From positions 20,014-84,013 of the forward strand of contig CAYPQV010000014.1 of the NCBI GenBank assembly GCA_964412955.1: a stretch of DNA of 64,000 nt, in the 5' to 3' direction. A program made the position numbers and the translations under genes. Source of the DNA: an uncultured Hyphomicrobiales bacterium (GTDB lineage: Bacteria; Pseudomonadota; Alphaproteobacteria; Rhodospirillales; 2-12-FULL-67-15). How positions within the stretch are numbered: the first letter of the stretch is position 1; each line of letters starts with the position of its first letter. The notes beneath the pieces were generated by a model. That model worked only from the letters and a program-made list of their open reading frames with translations. It made no database searches and was not told where the DNA came from. Below are positions 55,452 through 64,000 of the stretch, piece after piece.

Positions 55452-56243
55452 TCATCGGTCGCCGAGTTCGCACCAGATCGGCGTGTGGTCGGAGGCCTTG
55501 TCGAGCCCGCGTGGGCCCCGGTCTATGTCGCAGGCGGTCAGGCGGTCCGCGGCCTGGGGCGAGAGCAGCAGATGATCGATGCGCGCGCCCTGGTCCTTGG
55601 GCCAGGCGCCGCTGCGGTAATCCCACCAAGTGTAGCGCTGCGCATGGCCGTGCCGGGCGCGGAAGGCGTCGGTGAGACCGAGGAACATCAGCTTGCGGAA
55701 CGCCGCGCGCGAGTCGGCGTGGTAGAGCGCGTCCTTGTCCCAGCCTTCCGGGTCGTGGACGTCGATCGGCTCGGGGATGACGTTGAAGTCGCCGCCGAGT
55801 ACGAATGGGTCCTCGGTTGCCAGGAGATCGCGCGCGTGACGGTAAAGCCGCTCCAGCCAGGCCAGTTTGTAAGTGAATTTATCGGTGCGCCTGCCCGCTT
55901 CGCTGATCGGGTTGCCGTTGGGCAGATAGATCGAGGCGACCCGCACGCCATTCGTGAATCCCTCGACGTAGCGGGCCTGGGCGTCGTCGTTCGCGCCGGG
56001 CAGCCGGCGGTGATCGACCTCGATCGCCGATTTGGAAAGAATCGCGACCCCGTTGTAGGTCTTCTGCCCGGCCACGGCGAGGTTGTAGCCCAACTCCTCG
56101 AACTCGAGGGCGGGAAACGCCTCGGTCTCGCATTTCAATTCCTGCAGCAGCAGCACGTCGGGCGCGGCGTCCCGCGTCCACGCCAGCACGTTGGGAAGAC
56201 GCGCGCGAACCGAATTGACGTTCCAGGAAGCGATCTTGACCAT
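55452..56243 (-). CDS. xthA: Exodeoxyribonuclease III
   Basis: 'KIASWNVNSVRAR', 'LLLQELK' and 'SDHTPIW'. Confidence 0.9.
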   Translation of the reverse strand: MVKIASWNVNSVRARLPNVLAWTRDAAPDVLLLQELKCETEAFPALEFEELGYNLAVAGQKTYNGVAILSKSAIEVDHRRLPGANDDAQARYVEGFTNGVRVASIYLPNGNPISEAGRRTDKFTYKLAWLERLYRHARDLLATEDPFVLGGDFNVIPEPIDVHDPEGWDKDALYHADSRAAFRKLMFLGLTDAFRARHGHAQRYTWWDYRSGAWPKDQGARIDHLLLSPQAADRLTACDIDRGPRGLDKASDHTPIWCELGDR

Positions 56244-56465
56244 GTGGGAAATTATCCGCGCGCGAAGGGATCGCGGTTTAGCGTTGCCGGTCATCCTAAC
56301 AGCCGGTCCGGACGCTGGAAACCCGTCGGCGCGTGGTCGCGAGCAATCCGAACGCGGATTCACCGAGGCCGCTTGCGTCTTCCGGGGGTGGGAAAATCAC
56401 CAATGGCGGGGGTGGGGCGGCGCGTGCCACATTACCGCCGCGAGAGCATTTTTCGAAATTCGGCC

Positions 56466-57908
56466 ATGAAATTTCACCTGCTGCGGTTTTTCGCCGTCGC
56501 CGCCGCGCTCGCCTTTTTGGCGGTCGGGATCGGCATTTTCGTCCTGTTTCGGGATCACGAATTCAAAACCCTGATCCGAATCCAGGAGTCCCAGAACGTG
56601 ACGCTGGCGCGGGCGCTCGCGAACGGGATTTGGGGCGGGTTCGGCCCCTATGTGCGGGACGCCGACAAGTTCGACCTTGCCGAGTTGCGTACCGGCGCGA
56701 TCGCGATCAGGTTGGACCTGGACGTCGCCCGGTTCGCCCGCGGCCTTCCGGTTCACAAGGTCAAGATCTACAACGTCTCCGGACTCACGGTTTACTCTTC
56801 CGAACTCGCGCAGATCGGAGAAAGCCGCGCGGATAATCCCGGCTTTCGGATCGCGGTCGACCGGCGCCGACCGGCGAGCAAGCTCAGTTTCCGCGATACC
56901 TTCAGCGCGTTCTCGGGGGAAAAGGCCTCGGTGCATTTGGTCGAGACTTATGTCCCGATCGAGGGTGACGGCGGCGCGCTTCAGGGCGTGTTCGAGATCT
57001 ATATCGAGGTCAACGCGGGGGTCCAGCAAATCCGGAGCTCGACGATATGGGTCGGTTCGATATTGGCGGTGGGATTGGGGTTTCTCTACGGGATTTTGAT
57101 TTTCATCGTCCGCCATTCAAACAGGATCATCGCCGCGCAATACCGGGAATTGGACGAGCGGGAAGCCAAATTGCGCGTGGCGCGCGACCGGGCGGCGGCG
57201 GCCAATCGCGCCAAGTCGGAATTTCTCGCCACCATCAGTCATCATCTCCGTACCCCGCTCAACGCGATCATCGGATTTTCCCAGATCATTCTCCGAAGGT
57301 CGGACAGGGCCGCGGCCGACGACAGGAGCAAGGAGTACGTCGCGGGAATCCTGAGATCGGGGGAAGGCCTGCTGGCGATGATCGACGACATTCTCGATAT
57401 TTCCGCGATCGACGCGGGGACGATACGGCTTGATGTCGCGCCGGTCCACGTCGCCCCGCTCGTGCCGGAATGCGTTCGGCGATTGGCCGGCGAGTCAGAG
57501 GAGGGCGCGGTCACGGTGGAAACCGAACTCGCGCCCGCGTTGCCCCGGTTGAACGCCGACAGGAAACGGCTCGCGCAAATTCTCGTCAATCTGCTGTCCA
57601 ACGCGATCAAGTTCAGCCCGCGAGGGGGGCGGGTCGTGCTGAAGGCTGAGCTCGACGCGCGGGACGGATACGTTTTTTCGGTGCGGGATTCGGGTGCGGG
57701 CATGGATGCCGCGGGCATCGAGAAGGCCCAACAACCGTTCGGACGGATCACGGGCCCCTTTGTCCGCACGCCGGAAGCCTCGGGGCTCGGGCTGCCGCTG
57801 GCGAAATCGCTCGTCGAACTGCACGGGGGCCGCCTCGATATCGACAGCGCGCCGGGCCGGGGCACGACCGTCACCGTCCGTTTCCCGCCCGAACGGACGA
57901 TCCGTTGA
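56466..57908 (+). CDS. Membrane sensor histidine kinase
   Basis: Two TM segments flank a periplasmic region. H-box 'SHHLRTPLNAIIGFSQ', N box 'LLSNAIKFSP', and G boxes 'DSGAGM' and 'GLGLPLAK'. Confidence 0.9.
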   Translation: MKFHLLRFFAVAAALAFLAVGIGIFVLFRDHEFKTLIRIQESQNVTLARALANGIWGGFGPYVRDADKFDLAELRTGAIAIRLDLDVARFARGLPVHKVKIYNVSGLTVYSSELAQIGESRADNPGFRIAVDRRRPASKLSFRDTFSAFSGEKASVHLVETYVPIEGDGGALQGVFEIYIEVNAGVQQIRSSTIWVGSILAVGLGFLYGILIFIVRHSNRIIAAQYRELDEREAKLRVARDRAAAANRAKSEFLATISHHLRTPLNAIIGFSQIILRRSDRAAADDRSKEYVAGILRSGEGLLAMIDDILDISAIDAGTIRLDVAPVHVAPLVPECVRRLAGESEEGAVTVETELAPALPRLNADRKRLAQILVNLLSNAIKFSPRGGRVVLKAELDARDGYVFSVRDSGAGMDAAGIEKAQQPFGRITGPFVRTPEASGLGLPLAKSLVELHGGRLDIDSAPGRGTTVTVRFPPERTIR

Positions 57909-57929
57909 AAACGCAACCGGGTTGTTCGG

Positions 57930-58283
57930 TCAAACGACCGAGAACGACGTGCCGCAGCCGCAGGTCGAGACCGCGTTCGGGTTGCTCATCTTGAAATAGG
58001 AGCCGACCAGGTCCTCGACGAAATCGAGGGTCGCGCCCTTGACCAGGTCGAGCGACGTTTCGTCGACCACCACCTTGACGCCGTTCCGCTCGAACACGCG
58101 GTCGTCGTCGGCCGTGGTCGCGTCGAGCTTGAAGCCGTACTGAAAGCCCGAGCAGCCGCCGCCCGAAACCGTGACCCGCAGCATCAGGTCGGGGTTGCCT
58201 TCGGCCGCGGCGATGGCGCGAATGCGCCGGGCGGCGTTTTCGCTGACGACGAGACCGGACTCGGGAACGGGCGTGTCGGGCAT
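57930..58283 (-). CDS. erpA: Iron-sulfur cluster insertion protein (ErpA/IscA family)
   Basis: 'GGGCSGFQY' and C-terminal 'CGCGTSF'. Confidence 0.9.
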   Translation of the reverse strand: MPDTPVPESGLVVSENAARRIRAIAAAEGNPDLMLRVTVSGGGCSGFQYGFKLDATTADDDRVFERNGVKVVVDETSLDLVKGATLDFVEDLVGSYFKMSNPNAVSTCGCGTSFSVV

Positions 58284-58475
58284 GGGAATCTCCGCCGGCA
58301 ACAGTAGGACTTTATTTAACCTACCGGGCGCGCTTGTCAATCGAGCGCCATCCCGTCCCGTTTTCCGGGACGGAGCGTTTTCGCGAGTCTTACGCCGATA
58401 AAAGTGCTAAAATAAATGTTGTTTTCCGATACCGCGAAGAGAATGGCCATGGGTCCCGTGATCGACAAACGCGAG

Positions 58476-59774
58476 ATGCGGATCAAGCCTCCCCGTCGGC
58501 GCGGAGGCTTTCGCGGAACGCGCGGGGCATCCATCGCCCTGGCCCTCGGTGCGGTGGTTGCCGTCTGGGCGGGCGGACCGGCGCAGGCCGATTTCATTCT
58601 TCCCGATACGCCCGCCAATCGGTCGCGCGGGGTCGTCGGCTGCGTGCAAAGAAGCAGCGGCAGCATCGATTGCGCGGGACGCTCCAGCGGCTCCAGTTCG
58701 CAAGGCGGCAGTTCCCCTTCCGCCCCTTCCTCGGCTCCTTCCCGCCAAGAGGACTATCGCCAGCGGCAGATCGAAGCGGACGCCATCCGCAAGCGCCAAA
58801 GCGAGGCGGCGCGCAAGCACCTCGACTACCCCGATGTCCAAAGCGGCATAAGCCGCGGCGAATACCGGGCTCGTCGGCAGCAAAACGAAGCCGCGAATAT
58901 CGAGGCGATCCGCAGACTGCGCCAGCTGCGCGAAGGGTCGGCCGCGCAGAAAGAACCGCCCCATATCGACAAGATCGAAGTCCCCGCGCCTTCGGCTCTC
59001 GACCAACAAACGCGGTATCGGGACGGATGGCGGGAAAGTTTATGGGAAAAAATGTGGCGGTTGTGGGATTCGCCGGAACGTCTTGAGTATACCACTTGGT
59101 TGAACGATCCCATGCATCGCGAATGGCTCAGCGATGCATTTCAGATTGCATCCTTTCCAATGGACCTTCAGGGGTTTGCGCATGCCATCAAGTCGATCAA
59201 GTCACCTGTCGGAAGAACGGTACAAGAAATCTTGGCCGAGGAGCACGGCGTGTTGTTCCCAGGTATGTTCAAGGAAGCGGGTTCTGCCAGCGGCCTTAAA
59301 TACGCCGAAGAGCTTCAGGCCATCTCTAAGAAGTACGGCGTACCCTTTGATATCGTAGGGTCGCTTGCTGAAACCGAGCTGGGCAAGATGAGGCGGGCCA
59401 ATCCTCTGCTGCGGGAGGTCTTGCCTGAATTCAGACAAGAGAAATGGTGGTGGTCGGGAGGCGATATAGATATTCGGTTCTCCGAAGACACGCTTAAAAA
59501 AGTCGGCCCGGAGCGGGCGCTCAAAGTGGTCGAGGATGTCCACAAGGTTATCACCGGCAAAAGCTATTACGAGCCCGGCGGCTGGTCCGTAGATGTGGCT
59601 TATTCGAAAATTTATCCGACAGAAGAGAAGATGAAGGGGCTGCCCGCGCTGAGATTCGAGCCCGGCGGGTGGCGTCAGGAAATGGGCTGGGGTGCGCCAA
59701 CGTTCACGCCGCCCGTGGAGAACAAAGTGCTGTACGAGAATCCGAAATACGGGCTTAATCTGCGGCTGAATTGA
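58476..59774 (+). CDS. Exported hypothetical protein (Ser-rich linker, Arg/Gln-rich helical region, globular C-terminal half)
   Basis: Signal peptide 'RGASIALALGAVVAVWAGGPAQA' (the ORF is open from 58416). It lies in a lower-GC patch. I recognise no motifs. Confidence 0.55.
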   Translation: MRIKPPRRRGGFRGTRGASIALALGAVVAVWAGGPAQADFILPDTPANRSRGVVGCVQRSSGSIDCAGRSSGSSSQGGSSPSAPSSAPSRQEDYRQRQIEADAIRKRQSEAARKHLDYPDVQSGISRGEYRARRQQNEAANIEAIRRLRQLREGSAAQKEPPHIDKIEVPAPSALDQQTRYRDGWRESLWEKMWRLWDSPERLEYTTWLNDPMHREWLSDAFQIASFPMDLQGFAHAIKSIKSPVGRTVQEILAEEHGVLFPGMFKEAGSASGLKYAEELQAISKKYGVPFDIVGSLAETELGKMRRANPLLREVLPEFRQEKWWWSGGDIDIRFSEDTLKKVGPERALKVVEDVHKVITGKSYYEPGGWSVDVAYSKIYPTEEKMKGLPALRFEPGGWRQEMGWGAPTFTPPVENKVLYENPKYGLNLRLN

Positions 59775-59811
59775 CGCATGTGAACGGAATCGGCGAGACG
59801 GGGATGGTGGC

Positions 59812-60378
59812 ATGATCTTAGGCAGGCAAATCCTGGTTTTGGCCGCGGTCCTGCTGGCGTGGGAAACGATGACCGACGTCGGCGCGGCACGGGCTCAGGG
59901 GAAATCCCCGGATACCGGCATCGCGATTGTGGATGTCGGCGCCGTCCTGGAGAAATCGCTGCCGGCGAAAAATTTGCGGCAGATCATCGAGAAGACGCGC
60001 GCCGATTATAGGCGCGAAGTCGACGCCAAGAGAGACGAGATCGAAAAGCTGGGCGAGAGCATAGAACGGACCCGCGGCGGACTTTCGGAGGACGAATTTC
60101 AAAAGAGAATGCGGAACCTTCGGCAGAAGATCGCGAACAATGAAAGCGATATGCGCGAACGCCAGAGTAAGTTAGAGGGCGCATTCGCTTCCGCCCCACA
60201 GAAAATCGGGGTGACGATCGAACAGATCGTCGATGAAATCAGGAAGGAACGTAAGTACCAACTGGTTTTGCCGCGATCCGTCGTTGTGGGTGCGTCCGAC
60301 GCCCCCGACATCACCCAGGAGGTTCTCGATCGTCTCAACAAACGCATGCCCACGGTCGACATCGATATTCCGAAATAA
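59812..60378 (+). CDS. OmpH/Skp-like periplasmic chaperone
   Basis: Signal peptide, 'IAIVDVGAVLEKS', and a long charged coiled-coil typical of Skp/OmpH. Confidence 0.7.
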   Translation: MILGRQILVLAAVLLAWETMTDVGAARAQGKSPDTGIAIVDVGAVLEKSLPAKNLRQIIEKTRADYRREVDAKRDEIEKLGESIERTRGGLSEDEFQKRMRNLRQKIANNESDMRERQSKLEGAFASAPQKIGVTIEQIVDEIRKERKYQLVLPRSVVVGASDAPDITQEVLDRLNKRMPTVDIDIPK

Positions 60379-60391
60379 AGGGCATAAGCCC

Positions 60392-60967
60392 ATGGGCGCC
60401 TCGCACTTCAAGACGATGTTCCGTTTGGCGGCGGCGATTCTGTCGGCGGGGGTTGTCTTCGGGGCCCCTTCCACAAGCGCCTCCGATCTATCCGCAAGCG
60501 AGCGCAAACAGGAACAGGCGAACACGATCCGCGAACGGGCCAAGGCCGGCGCGCGCGTCGACCTCGGTTACGAAGACGTCTTTCCTTCGTTGCGCCGCGA
60601 CTATTACGACCCCTATCTGCTCAGCCAGCAGATCGCGCGCTTGGCGGCGATGGTTCGCCAACTCGCCGACACCGCGGCCGCCCGCCCGCCTGGCGGCCTC
60701 GCGTTGGGCGCGCCGCCCGGGTTGCGTCCGACCGTCGAGGGCGACGATGTCACCGCGCTGTACGGGCCGAAAGGTCCGACGGTGGAGAGCGTCAAGCTGT
60801 TGCTCGATTATTATCTCATGGTCGCGGGCAATCCCCGCCTCACGGCGGGACGGGTCCGCGACGCGGGAGACGCCGTCAATGCCCAGGTCGTGACCAAGGA
60901 CGGCGGGGCGGTGGTTGAGGAATACGCCGTGAATAAAAAGTCGGGCGTTTGGGTTCCGCTGCGCTGA
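60392..60967 (+). CDS. Exported hypothetical protein
   Basis: Signal peptide 'FRLAAAILSAGVVFGAPSTSA'. No recognised motif. Confidence 0.5.
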   Translation: MGASHFKTMFRLAAAILSAGVVFGAPSTSASDLSASERKQEQANTIRERAKAGARVDLGYEDVFPSLRRDYYDPYLLSQQIARLAAMVRQLADTAAARPPGGLALGAPPGLRPTVEGDDVTALYGPKGPTVESVKLLLDYYLMVAGNPRLTAGRVRDAGDAVNAQVVTKDGGAVVEEYAVNKKSGVWVPLR

Positions 60968-60993
60968 ATCATGATCGGGAAAGGAGCCGTCAC

Positions 60994-62031
60994 ATGTTAC
61001 GAGCCATCATCCTTGCGGTTGCGGGCGCGGCGTTTCTGACGGCCTGCCAAACCACCGAGGACAAGTCCTCGGATAAGACTCCGGCGATGCAATTGGCGCA
61101 AGCCGGTTCGACCCAAAGCGACGCGAGCGGAGCAGGCGCTTCCTCCGCACCGCAACTGGCCCCGCCGACGGGCCCGAAGCGGACGGTCGCCGTCGGCAAG
61201 TTCGACGCGATCGGCGCGTTCACGGCCAAGTATGGCGAATGGGACATCGGCGGCGGACTCGCCGCCATGCTCACCACGGCGCTGGCGGAATCGGGCCGGT
61301 TCGTCGTGATCGAGCGCGCCAACCTGTCCCAGATTCTGGGCGAGCAGGAACTGAAGGCGGGCGGCCTCGCCAACCCGGAAACGGGCCCCAAGCTGGGGCA
61401 GCTCACGGGCGTTCAATTCCTTATTTACGGTTCGGTGACCGAATTCGGCCACGACGAGAAGGGCGGCGGGTTCAGTTTCGGATTCAGCGGCGCGAAGATT
61501 CCGCTGGGCTTGTCGCAACAGAGCACCACGGGCACCGTCGGCATGGACATTCGGGTGGTCGACACGACGACCGGCGTGGTGCTGGAAACCCATCGCGTGC
61601 GTGAAAGCATCTCGACCGAAGGCTGGGATGTCAGCGCCGGATACAAGGGGATCAGCTTCGGCACCAACCAGTTCGACAAGACTCCGCTCGGCCAGGCGTC
61701 GCGGTCGGCAATCGTCCGGGCGGTGGAATTCATCGCCGTGCGTGCGGAAAAATCGCCTTGGACCGGCCAAGTGGTCGAGTACGACGGCAAGCGGTTGTAC
61801 ATCAACGCCGGCGAGCGCTCGGGCATGAAGGTCGGCGATCAGTTCATGATCGAGCGGGCGGGCAAGGTGATGACCGATCCGGCGACCGGCGAAGTGCTGA
61901 GCGTGCGCAAGGAGGAAATCGGCGTTCTGCGACTGGGCAAGGTCGAGGAGAAGATTTCCTCGGGAACTTTCACTCCGCTGTCATCCAAGCCGCCGCAACG
62001 CGGTGATTCCGCTCAATTGATGTCGCGTTAG
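60994..62031 (+). CDS. CsgG-family outer-membrane lipoprotein with an extra C-terminal beta-domain
   Basis: Lipobox 'FLTAC'. CsgG-type motifs 'VAVGKFD', 'FVVIERANLSQILGEQEL' and 'LTGVQFLIYGSVTEFG'. A C-terminal segment of about 90 aa carries 'YINAGERSGMKVGDQFMI...DPATGEVL'. Confidence 0.75.
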   Translation: MLRAIILAVAGAAFLTACQTTEDKSSDKTPAMQLAQAGSTQSDASGAGASSAPQLAPPTGPKRTVAVGKFDAIGAFTAKYGEWDIGGGLAAMLTTALAESGRFVVIERANLSQILGEQELKAGGLANPETGPKLGQLTGVQFLIYGSVTEFGHDEKGGGFSFGFSGAKIPLGLSQQSTTGTVGMDIRVVDTTTGVVLETHRVRESISTEGWDVSAGYKGISFGTNQFDKTPLGQASRSAIVRAVEFIAVRAEKSPWTGQVVEYDGKRLYINAGERSGMKVGDQFMIERAGKVMTDPATGEVLSVRKEEIGVLRLGKVEEKISSGTFTPLSSKPPQRGDSAQLMSR

Positions 62032-62480
62032 CCTTTTTCGGATTTCGCGCGACCCTTGCGCGCGGCGCGCCGGAACGCGCGCACGCCCGCCTCGGCGCAG
62101 GCGCGGTCCTGCTCGGGGGTCCCTGAGCTGCAGCCGATCCCGCCCACCACCACGCCATTGACTTCCACCGGCACGCCACCGCCGACGGTCGAGAAGCGTC
62201 CACCGTGCGCGCTCTGGATGCCGAAGGCGAGGTTTCCGGGCACCGCGCGCGCGTTATAGTCGTGGGTCGGCCGGCGCGAGATCGCGGCGGTGAACGCCTT
62301 GTCCTGGGAAAGCTGGACCGAAAGAACCTTCGATCCGTCCATGCGCGCGAACGCGATCAGGTTGCCCGATTCGTCGGTGACGGCGACGCACATAGGCGCC
62401 TTGATGCGCCGCGCGTGGGCCGAAGCGCCCGCGATCAGGATTTCGGCGTCGGCCAGCGCGAGGCGGGAAATCGAGAGCAT
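62028..62480 (-). CDS. GlcG/HbpS-like haem-binding family protein (DUF336)
   Basis: 'CVAVTDESGNLIAFARMDG' and 'GGGVPVEVNGVVVGGIGCSSGT'. Confidence 0.8.
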   Translation of the reverse strand: MLSISRLALADAEILIAGASAHARRIKAPMCVAVTDESGNLIAFARMDGSKVLSVQLSQDKAFTAAISRRPTHDYNARAVPGNLAFGIQSAHGGRFSTVGGGVPVEVNGVVVGGIGCSSGTPEQDRACAEAGVRAFRRAARKGRAKSEKG

Positions 62481-62487
62481 GGGCCGC

Positions 62488-63003
62488 TCACGACTGGGCC
62501 GGCGGATCGCCGGCGTCCGGGGTCGGATAGGCGGTCGGCTTCGGCGGCAGGCGATGCACGACGACGGCGAGCGCCACCAGCAGCACCGTTCCCGCCAGCA
62601 CCGGGATCAGGAGAAAATCCACTCCGGGGTGGTCGAACATGACGATGAGCGGGTTGGCGCCCGCCGGCGGATGCATGACGCGCGCGGCGGCCATGGCGAC
62701 CAGGCTGACGCCGACCCCGAACCCGTAGGCCCACCAGGCTTCCGATGGTAGCCAGGCGTCGACGGCGAGCCCGACCGCGGCCGCGACCAGGTGCCCGCCG
62801 ATGATGTTCATGGGCTGCGAATACGGAAGTTCCGGCATCAGGAACAGCATGACGCTGGTCGAGCCGAACGACGTGATCAGGAACGGCAGCGCCGTCGATT
62901 CGGCGATCAGCGCGACCAGCGCGAGGCCGATCGCCATGCCGACGCCGGCCTTGACGGTGCGCGCCGGGTCGGGCGGGGTTTGTCGGTGCCACCAGAATCG
63001 CAT
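62488..63003 (-). CDS. HPP-family membrane protein
   Basis: 'HPPAGANPL' motif and four hydrophobic segments. Start at ATG 63003; the rest of the 373-aa ORF is a GC-driven upstream extension. Confidence 0.75.
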   Translation of the reverse strand: MRFWWHRQTPPDPARTVKAGVGMAIGLALVALIAESTALPFLITSFGSTSVMLFLMPELPYSQPMNIIGGHLVAAAVGLAVDAWLPSEAWWAYGFGVGVSLVAMAAARVMHPPAGANPLIVMFDHPGVDFLLIPVLAGTVLLVALAVVVHRLPPKPTAYPTPDAGDPPAQS

Positions 63004-63141
63004 TGCGCGGGCTGCTCCCGAAGGAAAAGCCCCCAAGGGACGGGGGCGGGAATCCAGGCTATCCCGGCCCGTCGGTCCGGCCAAGAGCGCCGTTGTCGAT
63101 CCGCGCCCGCGAGAGTAGTTTCCGCCACCAGGAATCGATCG

Positions 63142-64000
63142 ATGACTCTCGCCCCTTATGCCAGCCGGCCCGAGCGGAGCCGGGGCCGGCTTCACCGCGA
63201 ACCGGAAAGCCGCACCCGCGACGGCTTTCAGCGCGACCGCGACCGCATCGTCCATTCCGGCGCGTTCCGCCGCCTGCAATACAAGACCCAGGTCTTCGTC
63301 AACCACGAGGGCGATTTCTACCGCACGCGGCTGACCCACAGCCTGGAGGTGGCGCAGATCGCGCGCTCGCTCGCGCGCAACCTGGGCCTCAACGAGGACC
63401 TGACCGAGGCGCTCGCGCTCGCCCACGACCTCGGCCATCCGCCCTTCGGCCACGCGGGCGAGGACGCGCTCCGCGACGCCATGAAGCCCTTCGGCGGGTT
63501 CGACCATAACGCCCAGTCGCTCCGGGCGGTGACGCGATTGGAGGAACGCTATCCCGCCTTCGACGGCCTCAACTTGACCTGGGAAACCCTCGAAGGCGTG
63601 GTCAAGCACAACGGCCCGCTGCAGGGACGGTACGCGAAAAAGAAACCGCTACCGCGCGCCATCGCCGAATACGTGCGGACGCACGACCTCGAACTCGACA
63701 CCTTCGCCGGGCCCGAGGCGCAGATCGCCGCCATCGCCGACGACATCGCCTACAACAACCACGACATCGAGGACGGGCTACGTGCTGGACTGTTCGCCGT
63801 CGAGGATTTGCGCGGCGTGCCGCTGATCGGGCCGATCTTCGCGCGCGTGCGCAAGAAACATCCGCGCCTCGCCCGCGCGCGCCTGATCCACGAGGCGGTG
63901 CGCGAACTGATCGGCGCCATGGTCGCCGACCTGCTCGCCGAAACCCGCCGCCGGCTGCGCGCGGCGGACCCGCGCTCGGCCGAGGACGTGCGGCGGCTGC
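63142..64000 (+). CDS. dgt: Deoxyguanosinetriphosphate triphosphohydrolase-like protein (3' end beyond window)
   Basis: Absent from the ORF track because no stop occurs before the window end. Translation from ATG 63142 gives '[24 protein letters not shown]', '[14 protein letters not shown]', '[13 protein letters not shown]' and '[14 protein letters not shown]'. Confidence 0.85.
   Translation, partial: MTLAPYASRPERSRGRLHREPESRTRDGFQRDRDRIVHSGAFRRLQYKTQVFVNHEGDFYRTRLTHSLEVAQIARSLARNLGLNEDLTEALALAHDLGHPPFGHAGEDALRDAMKPFGGFDHNAQSLRAVTRLEERYPAFDGLNLTWETLEGVVKHNGPLQGRYAKKKPLPRAIAEYVRTHDLELDTFAGPEAQIAAIADDIAYNNHDIEDGLRAGLFAVEDLRGVPLIGPIFARVRKKHPRLARARLIHEAVRELIGAMVADLLAETRRRLRAADPRSAEDVRRL

Noticed and set aside
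63003-63609. Upstream 200-aa extension of the HPP-family ORF (373-aa ORF in the track)
   Set aside because: The extension is antisense to the clearly supported dGTPase-like gene starting at 63142 and has shadow-frame composition. The HPP protein starts at ATG 63003.

Overview
This is a 64-kb window from a high-GC alphaproteobacterial-type chromosome. The evidence for that placement is a PopZ homologue, tolC-popZ-valS gene order, and TRAP transporters. It has two parts.

(1) nt 1-9217 is visibly more AT-rich. It is the right-hand portion of an integrative island whose left end lies outside the window.
- Cargo: a type I RM methylase and specificity pair (hsdM truncated by the window edge, then hsdS), with no hsdR in view.
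- hsdS is translationally coupled to a 541-aa gene (2996-4621). That gene fuses a DGQHR/ParB(DndB)-like N-terminal domain to a TIR-like/nucleoside-deoxyribosyltransferase-like C-terminal domain. This is my best candidate for an undescribed defence module.
- Backbone: an HUH rolling-circle Rep-like gene, an AlpA-type HTH gene, an orphan gene and a P4-type tyrosine integrase.
- About 550 bp of the island is packed with three different families of short palindromes (GTATAC, CCTAGG and GGTAC cores).
- The island ends in a 45-nt 3' fragment of tRNA-Met(CAU).
- A 60-bp direct repeat (tRNA 3' end plus its terminator) recurs 558 bp further on and brackets a lone arsC. This suggests tandem or decayed integrations.

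(2) The rest looks like ordinary chromosome with several accessory patches.
- A fused ferredoxin-molybdopterin oxidoreductase with a possible cytochrome-b-like membrane partner.
- A GMC oxidoreductase, and an IclR-regulated hpsN/hpsO/hpsP-like + TauE + TRAP cluster, probably for dihydroxypropanesulfonate-type sulfonate catabolism.
- Housekeeping and regulatory genes: cspA, hemN (with an FNR/FixK box), a Pat-like acetyltransferase, and a GAF-GAF-PAS adenylate cyclase with a coupled coiled-coil repeat protein.
- Two tRNAs (Asn, Cys), then pcm, tolC, popZ and valS.
- A cusBA-like metal efflux patch, hsp20, ilvD, xthA, a sensor kinase and erpA.
- A lower-GC four-gene cluster of exported proteins ending in a CsgG-family lipoprotein.
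- glcG-like and HPP genes, and a dGTPase-like gene running off the window end.

Many long ORFs in the six-frame track are GC-driven shadow frames and were rejected. All functional calls rest on motifs read by eye; no database search was run.
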